Counted from the whole stretch's first letter, positions 1 to 12,159 are shown. The stretch is DNA of 64,000 bases, filler included, from Jimgerdemannia flammicorona (GCA_003990765.1; 3 parts of 3 records of this genome joined end to end with filler, not necessarily neighbours in it), one strand, 5' to 3'. Translations and numbers: made by a program. The notes: generated from the sequence alone by a model not told the origin.

Positions 1-458
1 GAATTAGAAGCTAATATAATAATATGATCAAGGTCTATAGGCTTAAGTAGTAGAATATTAAGAGTCTTCTCTTATTTCATATATAAGTTTTTCACTTACT
101 CTATTAAGAAGAACCAGGTCCTATCTACTGTTCTGTATCTTTTGAAGAATTTTTTCTTTATCTGTTGCTCTATTTAGAGTAATGGAGACTTTATTATTCA
201 GCTCTGGTATAGTTATTGTAATGGTGACCCCAGAATGATAATATCAGCGCAGGAGACAGTCTTTCCTTATAAGCCACCAGATCAGAGCACAAGAAGATCA
301 TACAGCATATGAGATGAGCAATGATGACCAACTGTAAGTCATTGTGACCATAATACAAGCATCTTGAGGAATATAAAAGAAGGATCAAGAAACTGCAGTA
401 ACAGTAACTAACAAGACCCACTAATCCCAAAATAGCTCAAAGACTCACTACAAATGAA

Positions 459-1316
459 ATGCCTGCTGCTTACCAAATCTCAAGGTCAAGGAACCACTAA
501 GGTATCTCAGTCAAAGAGAGGATATTCCAAGACATCAGAAGAGCCATGAGGACCTGCTCAAGAAGGACTCCTAGTGTCAACCTGGGTACTGGTAACCCTT
601 ATTACTATATTTTCTACTGCCATAAAATAGAAACAAGGATCACTATTGTTACTGATAACCTCCAAATATGGCAGGAGTATGAAATAGGAAATCTCCTCTG
701 CTGGGAGTTCCCACAGGCCAGTACTTAAGAGCTACAAGATGCCACTTCTATGGATATATGTGAAACAAGGATAGCTAAGAAGATCCATCAGATCTTCAGG
801 CATGCACTATGGTTGATCCCCAACTTAGAGTATATTAGAGTCTCAGATTTCAGAGATCTGTCATCCTGCCATATCAATGCACTAGAAGCCAGAGTGGCTA
901 CAGAAGCCCAGGCTACTATCACCCTCAATAGTGATGAAGTAGAAGACTTCTGGCATCCCATCCTTCAGGACAACTCAGACCAATTCTTACAAGGATTGAT
1001 CTCAATATTCCAAGGCCCAAGCATCCAGATTAGACCCCCCCAAGACCCCACATTTGTTCCTTATTTTGTAAAAGAGAATCTCATAGATTGGAGAGCCCTC
1101 GATTTCCCCACCACTGAACATGATAATGTCATCAGTAATGATGTCATCCTGTATGACATATGCAAAATATATGATGAAGTATATAAAGTATACAAAACAC
1201 ACAACCTACATAATGACAATGATAAGACAGATGAGATGTTCATGGACCTCATCTCCTTTGAAGACATTCTGACCTCTAATGATGAAGTCTCTATGGTCTT
1301 GAACATTCTGCTCTAA
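459..1316 (+). pseudogene. LTR-encoded accessory ORF, disrupted copy
   Basis: MPAAYQ...VLNILL; in-frame stops relative to the intact 272 aa copy at 41864-42682. Confidence 0.8.
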
Positions 1317-1451
1317 TTCTGAGGTGATACAGAATTGTTCCAGCACCAGTATTCTGATGTAACACTGAATAATGCCAGCACCAGTATTCTGATGTAATAC
1401 TGAATAATACTAGCATCAGTATTCTGATATGATACCAAATTATACCAGCAT
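1317..1451 (+). repeat. 35 bp tandem repeat array in LTR
   Basis: Unit CCAGCACCAGTATTCTGATGTAACACTGAATAATG, about 4 degenerate copies. Confidence 0.85.
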
Positions 1452-1580
1452 CCTGAACCTGTATACATAACCATCAGTGCCGATTCTGGAACTTAGTAGT
1501 TTTTCCTGTCCTGGTATTTTATTTTAGTTATTGAAATTTATATTTAGCTTTATATCTTAGCAACCATTGAATTATATTTT

Positions 1581-1614
1581 GTATAAATACCCCTCTTATT
1601 TCCTCTGAAATAAA
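1581..1614 (+). promoter_or_regulatory. LTR TATA box and poly(A) signal
   Basis: GTATAAATACCCC followed by CTGAAATAAA; the same core is in all A LTRs and in C LTRs. Confidence 0.65.
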
Positions 1615-1823
1615 ATCAGTCTTCTCAGTACAATATATACAATTCCTTGCAAGTAATCTAAAAGATAATAAGACAGTTAAAGATAAGAAGTTTGAGGACT
1701 ATAAGACCTTGAGAAGGCACTCTAATAAGAACTTGCTTATAACAAACTTGAGTTAGTCTAAGAGATACACCTTGAAGAGAATCTGGCATATTTGAAGGAC
1801 TCAGCAACTACTACGTAACAACT

Positions 1824-1840
1824 TGGTGCCCATTGGCTGG
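1824..1840 (+). other. Putative primer binding site of family A (tRNA not assigned)
   Basis: TGGTGCCCATTGGCTGG 3 nt (ACT) after the 5' LTR; a homologous site flanks the A2 5' LTR. Confidence 0.6.
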
Positions 1841-1876
1841 TGATTCAAGACGAATCCCTCACTTTCAAGCTGAAAA

Positions 1877-4800
1877 ATGAATAACCCCCACAACAACTAC
1901 CCTGACTACAAGAGTCACCCCTGCAAGAATTCAAGATAAGATAGAAATGTGTCCCCTCACATTCTATGGATATACTACTGAAGAGTCAATCCTGACCTTC
2001 ATTGAAGACTTTGAACAATTCGCCGCCATATGAGCCCTTGATGTGGATGCTCAATTGGCCCTTCTACCAGTCAGCCTCAGAGGACCTGCCAGAGATAAGT
2101 TTAATGCAGCCACCATTGCTGGTGCTGATGCAGTCAAACTTACCAACATGAAGACCTTCCTCAGAACAACATATTATACCGAAGAGATCAAGCAAGCTCT
2201 CAAGGATCAACTCAATACTATCTGCCAGAGACTTAGTGAAGATCCCAACTCATTCTATACCTGAATCTGCCACCAGATTGTCTTGGCTGGCTATGATGAT
2301 GCCCTCAAGGAACAAATAGTAGATTCAACCTTCCTCAAAGGAGTTTACCCTGAAATTGCCTTAGCAATCTGGTCTACCCCAGCTGTACTGACCCTTAATC
2401 AGAAAGTGGTCTTTGTACAGAGATATTGGACTGCCAGACACCCTGCTGAACACTCAATGGAGAAAATAACTGGCATCAAGATGGAGCCATCAAAGCCAAC
2501 TAGTATCTTACCTGCTACAGTTGTAAACAGACAACCAACCCCACCTACCCCCAAGACAGCCAAAGCTGACCCAGTGGAAGAACTTGCCAAGCAGTTCACT
2601 GAGATGACTGCACACCTCAGTGATGTTGTTAAAGAAGTCTGAAGCACCAACAGGAGACCAGTGCAGAGATTTGCAGCTGCTACAGAAGAATGCAATATCA
2701 CATACTTCAGATGTAGAGAAGAAAGCCACTATGCAAAGAGTTGCATGACCGAAATGAGACACAAAGCCCAACCATGCAATGCTAGCAGAACCAGAGAACA
2801 AACCAATGCAGTAGTCATCGAGGAGATTGGTGACACTGATGATGAAGAATACTATGAGGAGCTCGAATTCTACCCTGCTACTGAAGGTACCAGAACCCAG
2901 TCCAAGCCCTATGATAAGAAGAGCAACAGCAAGCCAGTTGGAAGACCAAAGAAGACTCCAGCTGTCACTATTCAAAGCAAGACCCAATCTGAGGAGATTG
3001 ATCAAGACATGGAGTTAGACAAAGCTGCCTGCCAAATTATTGAAGTCACTACTCCAGTCTCAGGAGAAAGCAAGAGCAAGAAGGAACAGAAGTTGCACAA
3101 GACCAAGATCCATCAGTATGATATCTACAAGGACCTCAAGGAACAGAAGGTCAATGTCACTTTTGGGCAGCTAGCTGAAGTCCCTGCCTTTAGACAGCAG
3201 TTGAGAGTAGGACTTGCAACTACTACTAAGAATCAAGAGTACAAGATCATAGAAGCTCACAATGCACAAGAAGAATCTGAGAACTTAGGTGAAGAATCCA
3301 AAGACCAGCGCAAGACATCAGCCTATACCCCCTGTCAGATTGAAGACTGTATCTTTGATGCCATCATTGATACTGGTATTGGAGGATGCCTCATAAGTAA
3401 GAAGGCAATTGAACGCCTAGGTTGGGACATTGAAAAGTCCACCAGGATGGTCTATGTCACAGTAGACAGTGCACGAGCTACCCCCCTTGGCAAAATCTGA
3501 GAAGTCCCCATCAAGATAGGAGGAGCTACCATCCCAGTATATGTGATTGTTATAAGCGTCACCAACTATGACATCATCATTGGTAACCAATGGCTTCACA
3601 AGGCCAAGGCCATCATTGACCTCAATGCCCAGAAGATGCAGATTAACTACAGAGGAAGAAAGGTACGAGTTTCTATCAATGTCCACAAAGGAGTCCTGCC
3701 AGACATGGAGGAAGGAGATGAAGAAAACACAGAGGTCTTCATGCACTTGGTGAACAAGAACAAGAACAAGACACCCAAGCTCACAGATGAGCAGTGGTAT
3801 AACAAGATCATCGATGGGTATGCCCCTCAAGGAAGATGCCCCCATGGTACTAGAATGTACTGCTCTGAACACCTGAATGACTGCTGGTCCTGTATCAGTG
3901 AAGTCAGGAAAATCTGCCAACAGAAACATGAGCAAGAAGCTGCTGAAGCAAAAAGGAAAGCCGAAGAAGATGACCAGCCCCCAGAGCTTCAAGCTGACAG
4001 TGACAATGAGGAGGAACAAGACCAGACATCACCCTCAAGGTCAAGAAGTTTCACCCTGAAGCCAAGATCCCAGAATACAAGACTGAAGGAGCCATAGAAA
4101 TGGACCTTGCCAGCATCCAAGATGCTACTCTCGAACCACAGACCACCACCCTACTTGGCACTGGAATTGGAGTCAAGTTGCCAGAAAACCATACAGGAAT
4201 TATCAAGACCAGGAGCAGTCTGGCCAAAAGTGAAATCTCAGTTGAAGGAGGAGTAATTGACCCTGATTACACTGGCAAGATTTTTCTCATAGTCAGAAAT
4301 CACAACCACACCACCCCCTTCAAAGTCAAGAAGCATGACAGGATTGGCCAGATGCTGATCCACGAAATCAAGAAGCCCAAGATCATAGAAGCCATTGAAC
4401 TTATCAAGACCAAGAGAGGAGAACAAGGCTTTGGATCTACTGAAAGAGGAGTCTATGCCACCACCAAGATTACCAAACTTGAGCACAAGAAAGACAAGGA
4501 CCAGAACAAGCACACATATACCATTGGAGAAAACTTTCCTCTGGAGGAACAACTTCTCAAGATCCTGTACCAGAATGAAGGGGTACTTGCTACAGACTTT
4601 AGGGATATCCACAATCAAGAACCCAAGTACTACCATGAAGTTAACACTGGTGATACCAAGCCTATCTACCAGAAAGCCAGACCCATACCACCTGCCTACA
4701 GAGAATAGCTGTGAGCCAAACTCAAGGAAATGGAAGAAGCCAGAATCATCAAGCAAGCTATCAGCCCCTGGGCCTCACCCATTGTCCTAGCCCTGAAGAA

Positions 4801-5965
4801 AGGAAGTAAGCCTGGAGAGTTTGTACTAAGACTCTGCATTGACTACAGGAAACTCAATACCATCACCAAGAAGGATAGGCAGCCCCTGCCAAATATTCAA
4901 GAAATCCTCACCACCCTTGGAAGTGAAGCCAAATACTACACCACCTTGGATCAGTTCTCAGGCTTCCATCAGATCGGTCTCACTCAAGATGCCAGTGAGA
5001 AATCAGCCTTCATAACACCTGATGCCACCTATATCTATCTGTGAATGCCATTTGGAATGTGCAATGCCCCAGCAAGTTTCCAGTGAATGATAAACAGAGT
5101 CTTCAGCAATGAGATTGAAAAATGGCTCTTTGTCTATGTTGATGATGTGATCATCTTCAGCAACACTGCATGGGAACATGTCAATCATATACAGCTAGCC
5201 CTCAAGAGGCTCAAGGAGCATGGCCTCTACATTGAGCCCAAGAAATACAAGTTTGTAGCTCAAGAAATCGCCTACCTAGGACACCTCATCAACCAGACTG
5301 GAATCCATACAGACCCCATGAAGATTGAGGCTGTTGCAGCCTACCCGAGACCCAGAACAACTACAGAAGTCCATGCCTTCCTTGGACTGGCCAGCTACTA
5401 TAGAAGATTCATCAAAGGATACTCTAACATTGCAGCACCTATCTATGAGCTACTGAAGAAGGAGACCAAATTTGAATGGACCAAGGAGTATCAAGAAATC
5501 TTCAATGAACTCAAGATCAGGTTAACCCAAGCACCTATCCTCAGAAGACCAGACTGGAACCTAGAATTCATCCTGCAGACAGACGCGAGTGCTATAGGAC
5601 TTGGAGCAGTCCTAGCTTAGAAGAAAGATGGATATGAATATGTCATCTCCTATGCAAGCCGAGGTACCCATGGAGCAGAACAGAACTATGAGTCATGCAA
5701 GCTTGAATGCTTAATGGTAGTTTGGGCAGTAGACAAGTTCTACTACTACTTAGCTGGAAAACACTTCATCATTCAAATGGACCATTCTGCTCTTGCCTAG
5801 CTATTCCACACTCTGAACCCCAAAGGAATATATGCCAGATGGATCTACAGGCTGCAAGAGTATGACTGTACTGTCAAGCACTGCTCAGGAAAGACCAACA
5901 CCAATGCTGATGCACTCTCAAGGACACCCCGAAACACCTCCATCAAGACTATTCAACATGAATAA
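1877..5965 (+). pseudogene. gag-PR-(Cys/His domain)-dUTPase-RT-RNaseH polyprotein, disrupted
   Basis: Degenerate zinc knuckle (YFRCREESHYAKSC), protease AIIDTG, dUTPase RSS/GVIDPDYTG/RGEQGFGST, RT LCIDYRKLN/YVDD, RNaseH LQTDAS...NADALSR; several stops and small frameshifts. Confidence 0.92.
4030..4445 (+). pseudogene. dut: dUTPase domain between protease and RT (family A)
   Basis: Trimeric dUTPase motifs: GA.GMDL, IKTRSSLA, GGVIDPDYTG, RIGQM, RGEQGFGST. Confidence 0.9.
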
Positions 5966-7153
5966 GGAGCTATACTATGGATTAATTAGCTACCTTGGGC
6001 AGCAGAAGATGCCCATCCACCTCGAACCCTGGACAATCACCATCATTAACTGGACTTGGAAACAGATTGAATTAGACAACACTACACTCAGAAAAGGAAG
6101 AAAGCTAGTAATACCTAAACACAAGAAGTATCAAGTAATGAAGGAAGTACATGAGCAAGGATACTTAGAAGAAACCAACACATATGACAAGGCAAGAAGA
6201 ACCATGTAGTGGCCCAAGATGGAAGAAGACCTGCACCAATTTGTCAAAGGGTGTGACAAGTGCCAAAAACAGAAACAAGATCAGCAAGACCAGGTACCTG
6301 AGTCATCAAGAATTGAGCCTATCCCCTTCTACCACATTGCAATAGATATCATTGGACCACTACCAGTAACACTATCAGGAAACCACTATATTATAGTTAT
6401 TGTAGACCTCTTCACCAAATGGATAGAGACAGGAGCACTACAAGAAGCCAATGCCCTCTCTATAGTCAACTTCCTATACCGAGAAATCATCTGCTGCTAC
6501 AAGACACCAAAGCAAATCACAACAGACTGTGGCACAGAATTTGTCAATGGATTCCACAAGATAATGTATCAGAAATACAAGATCCAGCACATCAAGACCA
6601 CTGCATACCACCCTCAAGGAAATGGACAGACATAGAGAACCAACAAGATCCTCAAGAACATCCTAGCGAAGATCTCAGTGACATATGAGAATTGGGATAA
6701 CTATCTCCCAACTGCCCTCTCTGTTCTACAAGACATACAGTCACAGAGCACACATTTTACCCCAAGAGAGCTGCTCTTTGGAGAAGAAGATTCTGATGGA
6801 ACCTCAGCCACAAATCTAGACCTAACTTGGAGACAGATTGATGCAGAAATCTGAAGACTACACCAAATCAGGAAGTAGGCTGAAGATTATATCACCAAGT
6901 CACAAGTGCTGATAAGGAAGAATGCAGAAAAGAATCACAAGGCCCTAGAACCCATCTGAATCGGAGAAAAGGTTCTACTGTATCGAAATATGGTAGAAGC
7001 CTCATGGTCACGAAAACTGGAGCCCAAATGGGAAGGACCCTTCTACATGCAAGATATCAAGGGAACTACCTTCTGGTTTAGAAAAATGTCAGGGACCATA
7101 CTGCCTACCACAGTACATAGGAACAGACTCAAGAAGTACCACGAACCTATATA
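5958..7153 (+). pseudogene. Integrase in +1 frame relative to RT-RNaseH
   Basis: H..(H)..CDKC zinc finger, IDIIGPLP, TTD.GTEF, AYHPQGNGQT.E, KLEPKWEGPF; no chromodomain seen. Confidence 0.9.
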
Positions 7154-7507
7154 AGAGAAGCAAAACATGATAACTGCCCACAAGGTTCTAGTCCACGAAT
7201 CATAACAGCATGTCCTGTGACCAGCAGGCTATTTGTCTGGACCATTCTCTAAGGAATATGACACTGGCAACTACTCATCCATGAGACTTTCAAAGTCAGA
7301 GGAGTTCGAACTGTCAACTGATTGGTCAAGATCAGAATCAGGTCCTTGCTCTATATGAAGGGAGTGACCCTTCACCATCATACCAAAATACAAAGGGAAG
7401 ATGCCAGCCCATAAACACCACTTTTTGACCCCTTGCCAGAGGTTATGGGATCAGCAAATTTTTCAGGACTGGACCAATGAATAAGGACACTCAGGAAGAT
7501 CCTTATT

Positions 7508-7518
7508 CAGGAGGAAGA
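7508..7518 (+). other. Polypurine tract of A1
   Basis: CAGGAGGAAGA abutting the 3' LTR TG. Confidence 0.8.
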
Positions 7519-9076
7519 TGTAACAGTGACCCCAGAATGATGACATCAGCACAGGAGATAGCCTTTCCTTTCAAGCCACCAGATCAAAGCATAAGAAGAT
7601 CATACAGTATACGAGATGAGCAATGATGACCAACTGTGAGTCATTGTGACCACAGCACAAGCATCCTGAAAAATATAAAAAAAGGATCAAGGAACTGCAG
7701 TAGCAGCAACCAACAAGAACCACTAATCCCAAAATAGCTCAAAGACTTACCATAAACAAAATGCCTGCTGCATGCCAAACCTCAAGGTCAAGAAATCACC
7801 AAGGTATCTCGGTCGAGGAAAGGATGTTCCAAGACATCAGAAGAGCCATGAGGACCTGCTCAAGAAGGACTCCTAGTATCAACCTGGGTACTGCAGACCC
7901 TTATCACTTTATTCTCTACTGCTGTGAAATGGAAACAAGGATCACTATTGCTACCGAATGCCTCCAAATATAGCAGGAGTACAAAATAGGAAACCTCCTC
8001 TGCCAGGAGTTCCCACAAGCCAGCTCCCAAGAGCTACAAGATACCACTCCCATGGATATACGTGAAACAAGGACACCTAAGAAGATCCATCAGATCTTCA
8101 GGCATGTACTATGTTTGATCCCCAACTTGGAGTATGTTAGAGTCTCAGACTTCAGAGACCTATCATCCTGCCATATCAATGCACTAGAAGCCAGGGTGGC
8201 TACAGAAGCCCGGTCCACTATCACCCTCAATAGTGAAGAAGTAGAAGACTTCTGGCACCCTATCCTTCAGGACAACCCAGACCAATTCCTGCAAGGATTG
8301 ATCTCAGTATTCCAAGGCCCAAGCATCTAGGTTAGACCTCCCCAAGACCCCACATTTGTTCCCTATTTTGTGGAAGAGAACCTCATAGACTAGAGAGCTC
8401 TAGATCTTGTTCCTGATTTTCCCGCCACAGCCAAACGTGATGACGTCATCAGCAATGACATTATCCCATGCGACATCAACATATGCAAGACGCATAACGA
8501 AGCATGTGAAAATGATGAATTCGCAGATCTCATCTCCTTCAGTAATGATGATGACGAGGATGAAGCTCCCATGGTCTTGAACTTTCTGCTCTGAGTTCTG
8601 TGTAACACTGGATAATGCCAGCACCGGTATTCTCATGTAACACTGGATAATGCCAGCACTGGTATTCTTATGTAACACTGGATAATGTCAGCACTGGTAT
8701 TCTGAGGTGATGTGAAATTGTTCCAGCACTGGCATTTTGATGTGACACTAAATAATGCCAGCCCTGGAACTTAGTAGTTTTAGTTATTGGAATTTATATT
8801 TAGCTTTATATCTTAGCAACCATTGAATTATATTTTGTATAAATACCCCTCTTATTTCCTCTGAAATAAAGTCAGTTCCTCTCAGTGCAATACACACTTC
8901 CTTGCAAGCAATCTAAGAGATAACAAGATAGTGTAAAGATAAGAAGTTTGAGGACTATAAGACCTTGGGAAGGCACTTCAATAAGAACTTGCTTATAACA
9001 AACTTGAATTAGTCTAAGAGATACACCTTGAAGATAATCTGGCATATTTGAAGGACTCAGTGACCACTATGTGACA
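7519..9076 (+). repeat. 3' LTR of A1 (accessory ORF 7761-8594; 35 bp repeats ~8600-8762)
   Basis: TGTAACAGTGACCCC...ACTATGTGACA. Confidence 0.93.
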
Positions 9077-10178
9077 CTAACTATAGATTGGTATTTCTGA
9101 TAATATTTAGCTATTTCTGTTAGGAACATAAATCTCAAATTCTGATATAATGTACTAACTAGGAATACTTTGTATCCTTATTTGGCTATCTGGGTTATTT
9201 ATACAAGTTAGAACAGTAGGGCAGTCCTGGTTGCATCATGTATATGATATATAGCTAAATTATAGTAACTAATTTGGATCATAACTTTTGTACATTTTTC
9301 TGCTGGCTTATTATACTAGATATAATATATTTTTAGTAATAAAATTACTTTCTATTTGTAAATCTATACAAATAATTTTTACTTCAACAATTCTGATTCT
9401 GATCAATATATTGCTGGTTTGTATTATTTGTAATACACAATTTGCATGCATTAAGCTGATCATGCTATTGCTAACTAAATTTTATTTTTCAAGATTTTAT
9501 GACTTGACAGTGATTCAATTTTACCTTTTAACTTATACTTTAGTTAATGTTACTCTTGAATTGGTTGTAGAGGTATTTTTCTGTAGCCAGTTCACCCAAT
9601 TTGCTGTTTGCATAGATATGTTCCCGAGATCAGGCGAAGAAACTTGGGGTAGATGAGACGGTAGTATTGATTTGATTTGTGCATGTCTGGAGTCTATGCC
9701 AAACTGGCTGCTTCGTTTTGATAGATGATAACAGGTGCTGGCTCCTGCAACTAGATGCTGAATGAGGAATTCATACGAGAAAATGAAAAAATCGTACAAC
9801 ACTGCTGGCTTGCGTGACCTGCGCTGAGGAAACAAGCAATCCGCCACAAGAGACAAAAATCTCGTGCCCGAGTTTTGGGTCTTTTTTTTTTTTTTTTTTT
9901 TTTTATTCAAATGTTGGTGAGTATATTGGGGAACATGACAGTTTTCAGCCCTTTTTATATTGACACCACCTCCATTCTTCAGAGGGGTTGAACAACTCAA
10001 AGCAGGAGTTCCGGTAATGCGATGCGCCTTCCTTAGGATGATTTCGTGGACATCTTCGATTGAGGCTTGGTTTGCTTGGGAGGCTTCTCTTTGGTTCTTG
10101 CGGGCTGCTTCGTTGGACTCTTGGAGGTAATTTTGGATTGGCGGGGTTACCTTGGATGTGTATCGGATCGGGCTTACA

Positions 10179-10664
10179 TTACTCTTTGCAGCATGCCGGA
10201 AACTTTTCATTTCTGAAACGATATTTATATGTATCTCGGACGAGGGAGCAAGGATTGGGGAGAGCGCAAAATACGCCAGTTGATATTGAAGCCACTACCC
10301 GTAACACAGGGGACGCATTTTTCTGAGATGAAGCCGAGTAACCGAGGTTAGGGCAGAATCTGGAAAATAAAGCAGAAAGAGACATGCAAGAATTATAGTT
10401 ACGTAGGAACCCTGGAGAGCAGAAGCCAGTGGTAGTTATACCACAGAAACCTCCCGGACCGAAGCAGCTGGATGAGAAATCTTCGCCTAAATAATGTTTC
10501 CTTACATAAATATTGAAGCGCACACTTCCGTGGACGGAAAATTAGAGACTACGGATGGGTTACTCACAGTCAGCAGCTTCGAAATTGTTGTCCAATTCGT
10601 TGATGGACGAAGCTCGAACTAAATTAGCAAGGCAAGCCCAGAGCAAGTAGAGTATGGTGAGCAT
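10179..10664 (-). CDS. Probable host gene: small secreted cysteine-rich protein, 134 aa, exons 10664-10568 and 10486-10179
   Basis: Signal-peptide-like MLTILYLLWACLANLVRA; 81 nt GTGAGT...TTTAG intron joins in frame to the 10179-10523 ORF; 10 Cys after the predicted cleavage; CpG-retaining DNA unlike the flanks. Confidence 0.65.
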
Positions 10665-11771
10665 GTTCAATGTCTAGCTGTAATGTTTGAACCCTATGCT
10701 TCTCCTCGAGTAAAGTTGCATCGTGAAGAACCACTTGAATCCAACTTACAGACATCAGAACTGCAGCAAAGAGAAAAACCATGATTGAAGTTCAATGTTT
10801 GTATATTTGGGAAGAGAAAAAGGTGCGAGAAGAGTGGATGTGATGGACAAAACCAGCCCAGAACCAATAGTACATAAAACAAAAATTGAGATATACAGAA
10901 GATAGAAGAGAGGGAGGTAGTGAAAATGAGTATGTGTACATTAATCATCACATGTACTATTTCTATAACTATATAGTTAAATTGCTTAACTATGCTGTTC
11001 TGCTAGAGTATATATAGAGTGTTAACTGATGATATATACTATATTTTCTTGAATATTACTTGAATATATCATTGATATATTTGCATCCATTATCTGACTA
11101 TATAGCACATATTTTATATTCTTTTTCATTCCCTATAATTACTTTAAACTCTTTAAATTTCTCCAAGACTTTGCTTTTTGCTAAAAAGAAGTATATAATG
11201 CTTTATATATATAATTATTGATAAATGTAATAAAATATCTCTTCTCTCTATAGAAAGTAATATATATCAAGCTATATATATATATCTATATAGATTAAAT
11301 TAAATATGCTGGATATATGTTTCGTCTATTCTTCAAATAGATGCTGAGATACTTTATTTATTATACAATTCTTACAAAAGTTGTTATTAAGATATATTGC
11401 TAATAATCCACTCACTGAACTATTTCTAATCTTTCTTTCCAGGATTAATTTACCTATATGTCTAAAATATTAATACTTATATTAGATGTATTAAGTGTAG
11501 TTATTATATATATAGAGACTTTTATATCACTTAGCATACTATTGATTGAATAAAGATTATCTCATTTTAATATTATTATAATCTTCTAGTTATTCTTTAA
11601 ACTATATACTATTGCTTCTATTAGATATTGTAATAAGCAAATAATATAATATAGCTAGATGATGTGAACTCTCAGTATAATATAGTCATTCATGTCCATC
11701 ACACTTATAATTAGCCAGGATATCAAACTAAGATTATTTATCTGTATTCTGAGGACATATTTGTATCCAGT

Positions 11772-11840
11772 GGACATACTTATATCCTGCAGACACACTC
11801 ATAGCCTGTAGACACACTCATGTCCTGTAGACATACTCAA
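11772..11840 (+). repeat. 19 bp tandem repeat
   Basis: GACACACTCATAGCCTGTA-like unit, about 3.5 copies. Confidence 0.7.
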
Positions 11841-12159
11841 ATATTGCTAAAGATAGTAAATCTATAATTATCCAGATAGCAATCAGATAGTAACCATAAT
11901 GTATAAAATACCCCAGAGATAAGAGTAAATAAACCTTAGTCTGAATTGAAGTACAAACCAAAGAAGCCTCTAAAGATTGAGCATTGGTCTCCTTTTCCAA
12001 CTCTGGTTCACTTTCTAATATAAAGAATAAGTCTGTTTTTAGTTCATTTGCCAGATAAGCCTGAAGATTTGCCACCAAAGTTTGAGTGAAGAACTTCACT
12101 ATTTAAGTAGTCCACTGCTTAAGAAATAAGTTACCATTTTCAAAAAATCCACCATCTTG

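Larger units (their letters stand above)
217..1820 (+). repeat. 5' LTR of A1
   Basis: Starts TGTAATGGTGACCCC, ends CTACGTAACA; homologous to 7519-9076, 30871-32394, 38080-39639, 41411-42923. Confidence 0.93.
217..9076 (+). mobile_element. Ty3/gypsy LTR retrotransposon, family A copy 1 (full-length, degenerate)
   Basis: Direct LTRs 217-1820 and 7519-9076 (TG..CA); PBS-like TGG after the 5' LTR; PPT before the 3' LTR; gag-PR-dUTPase-RT(YVDD)-RNaseH-IN order. Confidence 0.95.

Noticed and set aside
194..430. Recurrent antisense ORF MGLV.LV..C at LTR starts (also 32181, 39426, 42665)
   Set aside because: Recurs only because the LTR is repeated; non-ATG start and variable end.
1317..1451. 35 bp repeats as a CRISPR array
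   Set aside because: Head-to-tail units without unique spacers, inside a eukaryotic LTR, and no cas genes.
4010..4100. Programmed frameshift before dUTPase in A1
   Set aside because: A2 and B have an extra A here and are in frame, so it is a copy-specific deletion.
9533..10210. 225 aa minus-strand ORF or processed retrocopy ending in poly(A)
   Set aside because: Reads through a homopolymer with no recognisable motif, no TSD was found, and the adjacent gene model retains an intron.
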